Positions 1 through 6,477 of a stretch of DNA of 12,756 nt are shown piece after piece. A model generated the notes under the pieces. The model saw only the letters and a program-made list of their open reading frames with translations. It did no database searches and was not told the origin of the DNA. Location of the stretch: assembly GCA_043820925.1 (NCBI GenBank), contig JBDRDL010000041.1, positions 1-12,756 of the forward strand, read 5' to 3'. This DNA is from Methanobacteriota archaeon. GTDB lineage: Archaea > Hydrothermarchaeota > Hydrothermarchaeia > Hydrothermarchaeales > JACRDW01. Within the stretch, counting starts at the first letter, position 1. Each line of letters opens with the position of its first letter. Position numbers and translations under genes: made by a program.

Positions 1-43
1 GGAATGCCTCTTCCCCCTTTTTGAGCAGCTCTTCGATTTTCAT
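1..43 (-). CDS. 5' fragment of an unidentified gene running off the left edge (MKIEELLKKGEEAF...)
   Basis: ATG at 43-41, open frame to the window edge, 25 nt downstream of the stop of the 69..473 ORF. Too short to identify. Confidence 0.55.
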   Translation of the reverse strand, partial: MKIEELLKKGEEAF

Positions 44-68
44 AGCTCTAGGTAGCACTGAAAGATAT

Positions 69-110
69 TTAATTCTTCCTGAACATCTTCCTTATTTCTG
101 CCCCAACTTT
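69..110 (-). repeat. Diverged copy A of the ilvC 3' end (direct repeat with 3117..3158)
   Basis: 36/42 nt identical to 3117..3158 by manual alignment, same orientation, same stop position. Confidence 0.9.
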
Positions 111-473
111 CTGTCTTGCAAATTTTAAAAATTCCCTTACAGCCTCTTCTGGTTTGTCTGAAATGCGACTCTCTTTGACATTTTCTTGACTGCCGTCGTG
201 AAAATGCTTTGGAAAAGTAGAAATTTCTGAAAAATCTGGCGCATTATCATGCCTGTAAATAAGTCCACGCTTAGCTCTCTGCTCCCAGTGATATGAATAC
301 TTTCCGCCCTTGCTAATCCAAATATCGATATAAGTTCCATCTCTAAGGTGTATGCGTAGCTTTGATGAACCAAGGCTCTTCTTTCCTATTAGCTCTGTAA
401 CCGAAACTATGTCCGAAAATTCGTCTTTTGCTATGCTGCTGAGCTTATTGTAAAGAGAGAGAACTTCAGACAA
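69..473 (-). CDS. DUF6516 / TumE-like putative type II toxin with an IlvC-derived C-terminal tail
   Basis: YSYHW...RHDNAP...ISTFPKHFH motif typical of DUF6516-type proteins. TTG start directly abuts the stop of the upstream partner. Ends in KVGAEIRKMFRKN, matching the IlvC C-terminus. Confidence 0.75.
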   Translation of the reverse strand: MSEVLSLYNKLSSIAKDEFSDIVSVTELIGKKSLGSSKLRIHLRDGTYIDIWISKGGKYSYHWEQRAKRGLIYRHDNAPDFSEISTFPKHFHDGSQENVKESRISDKPEEAVREFLKFARQKVGAEIRKMFRKN

Positions 474-755
474 TTAATCAACCTTCTTGAGTAAATCCTT
501 CAACCAGCGAATGTGCTCTTCGAGATTTTCCCAAGTAATAAGGTCTTCCCATGCTGGATGGCTGTGAACTTTACCCGCTTTTATTTTTTTATCCAGCTCA
601 TCTTTAGTTGGAACATTGTATCTGTCTCTTAAATCCGCAATGTCCCCTTCTGCGAGCTTGATTTCCTTTTCTATCCATGCCTTTAAACTCTCGCTTATAA
701 GTTTGTTTTCAGGCAGGTTTAGCTTTGCAGTTATCTCTTCGATAGCGATTCCCAT
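474..755 (-). CDS. Putative antitoxin partner of the DUF6516 protein (TumA-like)
   Basis: About 93-aa helical protein with HPAWEDLITWENL, resembling the small genes upstream of DUF6516. Translationally coupled. ATG at 755 preferred over GTG at 764 (GTGA RBS-like element just upstream). Confidence 0.7.
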   Translation of the reverse strand: MGIAIEEITAKLNLPENKLISESLKAWIEKEIKLAEGDIADLRDRYNVPTKDELDKKIKAGKVHSHPAWEDLITWENLEEHIRWLKDLLKKVD

Positions 756-761
756 GTTAAT

Positions 762-796
762 CACATTTTATATAACGCTAGTAACGTATAAAAGTG
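762..796. promoter_or_regulatory. TATA box of the TA operon within an inverted repeat (candidate operator)
   Basis: CAC(A)TTTTATA 762-772 and TATAAAAGTG 787-796 are inverted repeats. The minus strand reads TTATATAAAA and TTTTATAC upstream of the antitoxin ATG. Confidence 0.5.
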
Positions 797-827
797 TTTT
801 GAGCAGTGGAAACAAGTAGAACTGTAT

Positions 828-948
828 TTACTTTTTATTTTTAAAGATTTTTATTCCTTGTTCGCCCAAGTAAACAATAAAACCTAATATAGCCAACACA
901 AAGCCAACGGTGATTCTGATAGCGTTTGTTTGCGGAATTTCTTTGCAT
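828..948 (-). pseudogene. Possible frameshifted or remnant single-pass membrane microprotein
   Basis: Frame reads EIPQTNAIRITVGFVLAILGFIVYLGEQGIKIFKNKK* (TAA at 830-828). The nearest ATG (948) is one base out of frame (ATGCAAAGAA). Confidence 0.35.
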
Positions 949-971
949 AGGCTGGACTACAAATAGATACA

Positions 972-979
972 TTTAAATA
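972..979 (+). promoter_or_regulatory. TATA box for the AbrB-lipoprotein operon (probably leaderless)
   Basis: TTTAAATA about 24 nt before the ATG at 1003, no RBS. Confidence 0.5.
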
Positions 980-1002
980 CATAAAATGACATTAAAATAT
1001 TT

Positions 1003-1230
1003 ATGCCCATAGAAATCAGCGACGAGGTTGTAGAAACCCTGCCGAAAATTGCGAGAAGCTTGGTTAGAGCTTGGTTCAAGGACTCAGCCTTCTTCAAGGC
1101 AACTGTAAGAAAAGGTTACAGGATTGTAATCCCTGAAACTGAAAGGGACGTTATGGGCTTAGAAGAGGGCGACGTGGTTCAAGCGTTTGTGTATCCGTTG
1201 AAAGTTAAGAAAGAGGCAAAGGGGCGGTAA
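1003..1230 (+). CDS. AbrB/MazE/SpoVT-family DNA-binding protein
   Basis: FKATVRKGYRIVIPETERDVMGLEEGDVV matches the swapped-hairpin pattern (V..+GRI.IP...R..LGL.EGD.V). N-terminal helical extension. Confidence 0.8.
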   Translation: MPIEISDEVVETLPKIARSLVRAWFKDSAFFKATVRKGYRIVIPETERDVMGLEEGDVVQAFVYPLKVKKEAKGR

Positions 1231-1232
1231 AA

Positions 1233-2939
1233 TTGGTGGCAGGTAAAGTAGTTTCGATTGCACGTAGTTTCGCAGTAATTGTACTGCTCTTTCTGTTTAT
1301 AGGCTGCGCAGGTGCGCCGCCAACTCCAACCACGCAGCCCACAGTAACTCCACCGACTACAGCTCCATCTCCAGAAGCCCAAAGCGAGCAACTTTCCAAA
1401 GTAATCGAGAATCCTTCTGTTTACGGTGGACAAAAAATAACACTAACTGGTCAAACATTTCTTTCTAGAAGTCCACCTCAACTTTTGGTAAATGGAAGAA
1501 GCGGCGTTAATTTAGAGGGCGATATTCAAAACCTCAAAAGAGGTTTTTACGCTCTTGAGGGGATTTATGACTCACAAACCAATACCCTCAAAGTCGAAAG
1601 AATAGCGGAATTTAAAATAGATTGCAACGTCCCTATTGAGACTGGGAAAAAGGTTATAAAAGAGTTGGTTTGCGTCAAGGTGGAAGGCTTAATTGCTACT
1701 CCACCGAAAATAATACTCGATGAGCTTAATGCTTTTATCTCTATCCCAAATACGCCAATAGAGAAGCTGAAGATATACCCATATGTTGTTTATACCAAAG
1801 ATGGAATTTATCTTGTTCTCTCAGACCACTTTTCAATTCTACCGACTGAGTTTACCGTCGAATACGGCGGCGTAACTTATCATCTCTACTTTTCCGCTGG
1901 GGAAATTCAGGGGACTTTGGTTAAAACTAGGCTTGAAGATATCAAAGCCAAATTCAGAGAGAAGTTAGGTGAGAGAGGCTTTGATCCAAAGGAGTTTAAG
2001 GGCATTGTCATTGCCAACTCAATAAAACCCCTAACACCTATTCAGACCACTGTTAAAGAGGTCAACAATAATCCAAGCAACTACGCTTTAAAGAGGGTTA
2101 AAATCGATTCGAGCTACATAGTAACCACGGCGAGAATTGATTACGGTGAGGAGGAGAAGGTAAAAGTTCCATTCAGCTTGGGCATGCTCACTGATAAGTT
2201 CACTGACTTTTATGAAAAAGATAGTAAACTCAGGCTTGAAGCAATCGACCCAGAGAGAAATGTCTGGCAGTTTAGAAAAGCAAAGATAATAGGGACAGTT
2301 CTTTATCCAAGCGAGGAAGTTTTGAAGTATCTCGATTATTCAGTTCCTTTAACGAAACAACAAATCAAAGACCAGATCAAGCCAGCATTAATTGTCGATA
2401 CACTTGTTGATGATGTTGTACAATTATCCGAAATTTCAGAGCTTAATCCACTTACAGGGAAACCTTCAAAATACTGGAATAAAGTTGTTGAGTTCGAGGG
2501 CTATGCTCTTGGAGCTAATGTACCAGTGGTCAAATACGCTGAGGAAGCAATTAAGAGAGATATACCAGTAGAAGTTAACATAATGGCAGTTGGAATTGCT
2601 AACCCTAAAGAAATTAAAACACGACTAGATTTACAACAAAAAATACCAGCAATTGCCATAATCGGTTTGAATAATGAGCTTATTGAAAAAACAGAGATCA
2701 TAACCGGGAAATATAAGTTCAAGATTGCTGTAAGCGAAATGCCCAAGGAACTCATTAATTATGAGAATCTGAAGGGCTTTGACACCGCTTTCTTCTTGCT
2801 TGAGAAAAAATTTTTGGCTGGTCCAGAACAGCTCATATATGAAACTCTGCCAACTATAACGCCACCGCCCACTACAACGCCGCCACCTGAAACGCCAGCG
2901 CCAACGCCGACATTGCCGCCTAAGCCAAGTTTTCCATAG
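1233..2939 (+). CDS. Predicted lipoprotein/surface protein with repeated OB-fold-like modules and Pro/Thr-rich termini
   Basis: Signal peptide with lipobox LFIGC, a PT-rich linker after the Cys, three 'hxEhxxNPxxYxxKxVxhxG'-like motifs and a PT-rich C-tail. Start is TTG 1233 or GTG 1236. Confidence 0.8.
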   Translation: MVAGKVVSIARSFAVIVLLFLFIGCAGAPPTPTTQPTVTPPTTAPSPEAQSEQLSKVIENPSVYGGQKITLTGQTFLSRSPPQLLVNGRSGVNLEGDIQNLKRGFYALEGIYDSQTNTLKVERIAEFKIDCNVPIETGKKVIKELVCVKVEGLIATPPKIILDELNAFISIPNTPIEKLKIYPYVVYTKDGIYLVLSDHFSILPTEFTVEYGGVTYHLYFSAGEIQGTLVKTRLEDIKAKFREKLGERGFDPKEFKGIVIANSIKPLTPIQTTVKEVNNNPSNYALKRVKIDSSYIVTTARIDYGEEEKVKVPFSLGMLTDKFTDFYEKDSKLRLEAIDPERNVWQFRKAKIIGTVLYPSEEVLKYLDYSVPLTKQQIKDQIKPALIVDTLVDDVVQLSEISELNPLTGKPSKYWNKVVEFEGYALGANVPVVKYAEEAIKRDIPVEVNIMAVGIANPKEIKTRLDLQQKIPAIAIIGLNNELIEKTEIITGKYKFKIAVSEMPKELINYENLKGFDTAFFLLEKKFLAGPEQLIYETLPTITPPPTTTPPPETPAPTPTLPPKPSFP

Positions 2940-3116
2940 TTTAGGGGATGCTACTAAAGGAAGAATAAAGCATCAAAGCCCCATCACCCTCGCTATCTCC
3001 ACCCACCCCTCCTTCGTTGAATCATCAATAGTCGCTCAGAATAAATGTTCTGCACTCGAAGCTAAGGTTCTCGCCAACGCCACTGACTATACCTTTCACC
3101 TCCTTTCCATTCCAAA

Positions 3117-3158
3117 TTACTTCTTCCCGAACATCTTTCTTATCTCGGCCCCGACTTT
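3117..3158 (-). repeat. Copy B of the ilvC 3' end (in use by ilvC)
   Basis: Aligns with 69..110 and encodes KVGAEIRKMFGKK*. Confidence 0.9.
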
Positions 3159-4100
3159 TTCGATTTGATGCTTGCTTTCGGTGCGCTTCATTATGTCGAA
3201 TTTCGGCAAGCCAGCCGCATACTCTGCGAGCCACTCGTGCGCAAAGGTGCCGTCCTTTATTTCTTCGAGTACCTGCCTCATGTTCTGCCTGACGTGCTCG
3301 TCTATGATGCGCTTGCCCCTCGTCCTGCCGCCGTAGCGTGCTGTCTCAGAAACTCTGCTCCACATGTACTCTATGCCGCCTTCCTGGATTAAGTCCACGA
3401 TGAGCTTCAACTCGTGCAGGACTTCGAAGTAGGCAATCTCTGGCGGGAAGCCGTTCTCGACGAGAGTTTCGAAGCCTGCCTTTATTAATTCTGTGCTGCC
3501 GCCGCACAAAACTGCCTGCTCTCCGAATAAGTCTGAAAGCGTCTCCTCGTCGAAGGTGCACTCTATAACACCCGGTTTCGTAAAGTGCATCGCCTTTGCA
3601 AGGGCAAGTGCTTTTTCCTTCGCTTTTTTCGAGTAATCTTGGTGAACCGCTACCAGCGCCGGTATTCCGAAACCTTTCAGATACTCCTCCCTGAGTTTCG
3701 CTCCCGGACCCTTTGGAGCGACCATTATGACGTCGATATTCTCAGGCGGCTTAATCAGATTGTAGGTTATGTTGAAGCCGTGCGAGAAGTACAGGGCGTT
3801 GCCGTCTTCAAGGTTCTTTTCAACGTAATTGCGATATATGCTGCGATGCGTCATGTCCGGAGTGAGCATCATTACAATGTCGCCTTTCTTTGCCGCCTGC
3901 TCTATGTTTGCGACCTTCATTCCATCTTTCTTTGCCTGCTTCCAGGAAGTGCCGTTTTTCCTCAGACCGACGACTACATCTAAACCGGAATCTTGCAAAC
4001 ACTGCGCCTGGGCAGAACCCTGTATGCCGTAGCCTATCACTGCTATGGTTTTGCCTTTCAGAACATCCATTTTCACATCTTTGTCGTAGTAAACCTTCAT
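3117..4100 (-). CDS. ilvC: Ketol-acid reductoisomerase (class I)
   Basis: GYGIQG Rossmann motif, FSHGFNI, MVAPKGPG, DLFGEQAVLCGG, AYFEVLHELKLIVDLI, SETARYG. 327 aa. Confidence 0.97.
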   Translation of the reverse strand: MKVYYDKDVKMDVLKGKTIAVIGYGIQGSAQAQCLQDSGLDVVVGLRKNGTSWKQAKKDGMKVANIEQAAKKGDIVMMLTPDMTHRSIYRNYVEKNLEDGNALYFSHGFNITYNLIKPPENIDVIMVAPKGPGAKLREEYLKGFGIPALVAVHQDYSKKAKEKALALAKAMHFTKPGVIECTFDEETLSDLFGEQAVLCGGSTELIKAGFETLVENGFPPEIAYFEVLHELKLIVDLIQEGGIEYMWSRVSETARYGGRTRGKRIIDEHVRQNMRQVLEEIKDGTFAHEWLAEYAAGLPKFDIMKRTESKHQIEKVGAEIRKMFGKK

Positions 4101-4597
4101 TATTTCGTTCCTCTGGTCATCGCTGTCACGCCCGTCTTAGCTAGTTCTTTAATTCCGAATGCGCTAACAAGATTTACAAATGCACCTATTTTTTCGCTGT
4201 CTCCAGTTATCTCGACAATTAGCGAATCCTTGCCAGCGTCCACGATTCTGCCCCTGAATATATTCACGTACTGCACAATCTCTGCCCTTGAATTCTGGTC
4301 TTTAGTGCTTATCTTCAATAGGGCAAGCTCCCGCATGACTGACTCAGCTTCTTCAACCTGGATAACTTTCAGAACCTCAACAAGTTTGTTCAGCTGCTTC
4401 ATTACCTGCTCGAGTATCCTCTGGTCGCCTCTCACCGTGAGCGTCATCCTCGAAATTCCTTCTTTCTCAGAACGCCCGACCGTTATACTGTCTATGTTGA
4501 AATTGCGCCTTCTGAAGAGACCTGAAACACGCTGCATAACTCCCGGTCTGTCTTCGACCAATGCTATCAGAACATGCGTTTCATTCATATCAGGCAT
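4100..4597 (-). CDS. ilvH: Acetolactate synthase small (regulatory, ACT) subunit
   Basis: VEDRPGVMQRVSGLFRRRNFNIDSITVG, QLNKLVEV, RELALLKI. TAATG overlap with ilvC. ATG 4597 preceded by GTGAGGA. Confidence 0.95.
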   Translation of the reverse strand: MPDMNETHVLIALVEDRPGVMQRVSGLFRRRNFNIDSITVGRSEKEGISRMTLTVRGDQRILEQVMKQLNKLVEVLKVIQVEEAESVMRELALLKISTKDQNSRAEIVQYVNIFRGRIVDAGKDSLIVEITGDSEKIGAFVNLVSAFGIKELAKTGVTAMTRGTK

Positions 4598-4605
4598 ATT
4601 CCTCA

Positions 4606-4700
4606 CAACCTTCTGAAAGGTTGACCATCATAGTTTCTTTTTGGTTCAAAGGCTCTGCCTTTGAGAACCGTTTCTTGCTTTTTCTTTTCTAAAGAAAAAG
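4606..4700. repeat. Triple-hairpin intergenic element (REP/MITE-like candidate)
   Basis: CAACCTT-CTGA-AAGGTTG (4606-4623), GGT-TCAAAGGC-TCT-GCCTTTGA-GAACC (4643-4669) and CTTTTTCTTT-TCT-AAAGAAAAAG (4678-4700). Confidence 0.65.
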
Positions 4701-4706
4701 GGTTAT

Positions 4707-6383
4707 CTAGCCTTCAACTATGTCCTTCAGGCACTTGCCGGGCGGCACCATTGGAAATATGTTCGCCTCGTGGTCAACTATTACATCTATGACGGTAGGC
4801 TTTCCTGATTTAAAAGCTTTCTTAACTGCCGGTGCGATTTCCTCTGGTTTTTCGACCTTAATTCCCTGAGCTCCGTATGCCTCTGCAAGCTTGACGAAAT
4901 CCGGGGAATTGCCCAAATCTACTGCAGAGTAGCGCTTTTTGTAGAAGAGCTCCTGCCACTGGCGAACCATGCCCAAGTAGCGATTATTCAAGACCGCAGC
5001 GACGACCGGTATGTCGTTCTCGACCACGGTAGCGAGTTCTTGGGAGTTCATCAGAAAGCTGCCGTCGCCCGCAATGTCTATGACGTTGTTGTTCGGCTTT
5101 GCAACCTTGGCTCCCATTGCAGCAGGGAAGCCAAAGCCCATTGTACCGAGACCGCCGGAGGATATGAACGTCCTTGCTTTGGTTCTTTCCAAGTAGTGCG
5201 CTGCCCACATTTGACACTGCCCAACTTCAGTAGTAACTATGTCGTCCTCGCCCAAAGCTTTCATTATCTCTTTTATAACTCTCGGCGGTTTGAGAGGCAC
5301 GTCGTCGTAATCCATGTAAGGCTGGAATTCTCTTTTGTACTCTTTAATCTTGTTTGTCCACTCTGTATTTTCCTTCTTTGCGTACTCTTTTAAAAATTTT
5401 ATTAGGTCTTTTAAGACGAGCTTTGCATCTCCGACAACTGGCAGAGCTACCTCGACGTTCTTTCCAATTTCTGCAGGGTCTATATCCACATGGATTATCT
5501 CAGCCTCTGGAGCAAAGCAGCTCACCGCTGCCGTTGTGCGGTCAGAGAACCTGCATCCGACTGCCAGGATTACATCCGCATCATTGATTGCGTAATTGCC
5601 TGCCTTTCTGCCGTGCATGCCAATCATTCCCAGGGCGAAAGGATGGTTCTCCGGAAATGCGCCTTTACCCATGAGCGAGGTCGCAACTGGAGCGCCGAGC
5701 ATCTCGGCAATTTGGCGCAGCTCTTCGACTGCTCCTGAGAGTATAACTCCGCCGCCAGCTAGGATAATTGGTCTCGCAGCATTGATGAGCATCTCTGCAG
5801 CTTTCTTTATCTGCTTTGGATGCCCCTTCAGCGTTGGCTTGTAGCCGGTAATCTCAATGTCCTTCGGAAAATCTATTTCGCCTTCAAGCTCTTGAACGTC
5901 CTTCGGAATGTCTATCAGCACAGGACCCGGTCTTCCTGTCTTTGCTATCTTGAAAGCTTTCTTTATTACGTAGGGTATCTCCTCGACGGTACGAAACTGG
6001 AAATTGTGCTTGGTTATCGGCATAGTTATGCCTATGGCATCTGTCTCCTGAAAAGCGTCCTTTCCTATGAACAGTCTCGCAACCTGCCCTGTAAACGCAA
6101 CAATCGGCGAGGAATCCATATATGCATTTGCAATCCCTGTGGTTAAGTTTGTGGCTCCAGGACCAGAAGTAGCGCTGCAAACGCCGACTTCCCCACTCGC
6201 CCTTGCATAGCCGTCTGCAGCATGCGCAGCTCCCTGCTCGTGGCGCACAAGAATGTGTCTAATACTTGCGTCGTAAAGCACATCGTAGAGCGGGATGCTT
6301 GCCCCGCCAGGGATTCCAAATATAACCTTGACGCCTTCCTTCTCGAGCGCTTTGACAATTGCTTCTGCACCTTTCATCCTCAT
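4707..6383 (-). CDS. ilvB: Acetolactate synthase large (catalytic) subunit
   Basis: FGIPGGA, RHEQGAAHAADGYAR, TSGPGATN, DAFQE, SGGLGTMGFG and the TPP motif GDGSFLMN...LNN. Start probably ATG 6383 or 6377 rather than TTG 6404. Confidence 0.97.
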   Translation of the reverse strand: MRMKGAEAIVKALEKEGVKVIFGIPGGASIPLYDVLYDASIRHILVRHEQGAAHAADGYARASGEVGVCSATSGPGATNLTTGIANAYMDSSPIVAFTGQVARLFIGKDAFQETDAIGITMPITKHNFQFRTVEEIPYVIKKAFKIAKTGRPGPVLIDIPKDVQELEGEIDFPKDIEITGYKPTLKGHPKQIKKAAEMLINAARPIILAGGGVILSGAVEELRQIAEMLGAPVATSLMGKGAFPENHPFALGMIGMHGRKAGNYAINDADVILAVGCRFSDRTTAAVSCFAPEAEIIHVDIDPAEIGKNVEVALPVVGDAKLVLKDLIKFLKEYAKKENTEWTNKIKEYKREFQPYMDYDDVPLKPPRVIKEIMKALGEDDIVTTEVGQCQMWAAHYLERTKARTFISSGGLGTMGFGFPAAMGAKVAKPNNNVIDIAGDGSFLMNSQELATVVENDIPVVAAVLNNRYLGMVRQWQELFYKKRYSAVDLGNSPDFVKLAEAYGAQGIKVEKPEEIAPAVKKAFKSGKPTVIDVIVDHEANIFPMVPPGKCLKDIVEG

Positions 6384-6400
6384 TTTCAATCCCTTCGTCG

Positions 6401-6477
6401 CCAAGCTTTTCTCATAAGCCTAATCGAATGGCTCCTTGGTCTTGACCCGTTGTTGTACTTGCTATCGCAAGTGGGTC
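6401..6477 (-). other. Two tandem bulged stem-loops in the cimA-ilvB spacer (candidate cis-regulatory RNA)
   Basis: On the mRNA strand: GACCC[ACUUGC-GAUA-GCAAGU]ACAACAAC-GGGUC and CCAAG[GAGCC-AUUCGAUUA-GGCUU]AUGAGAAAAG-CUUGG. Confidence 0.4.

Noticed and set aside
762..820. Integron attC site next to the TA pair
   Set aside because: No matched RYYYAAC...GTTRRRY ends, no long bottom-strand hairpin and no integrase in the window.
1316..1375. Pro/Thr codon repeats here and at 2850-2920 as a DNA repeat array or CRISPR
   Set aside because: Low-complexity coding linkers with no constant repeat-spacer periodicity. No CRISPR array seen anywhere in the window.
3005..3055. C/D box sRNA on the minus strand (CTGA-N8-TGATGA at 3039-3022)
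   Set aside because: Only a D'/C'-like pair is present. The upstream C box is poor (GTGCAGA) and there is no terminal CTGA at guide distance.
3025..3234. 69-aa minus-strand ORF overlapping the ilvC end
   Set aside because: Mostly an alternative frame of ilvC. Only its distal part is considered, as a possible remnant.
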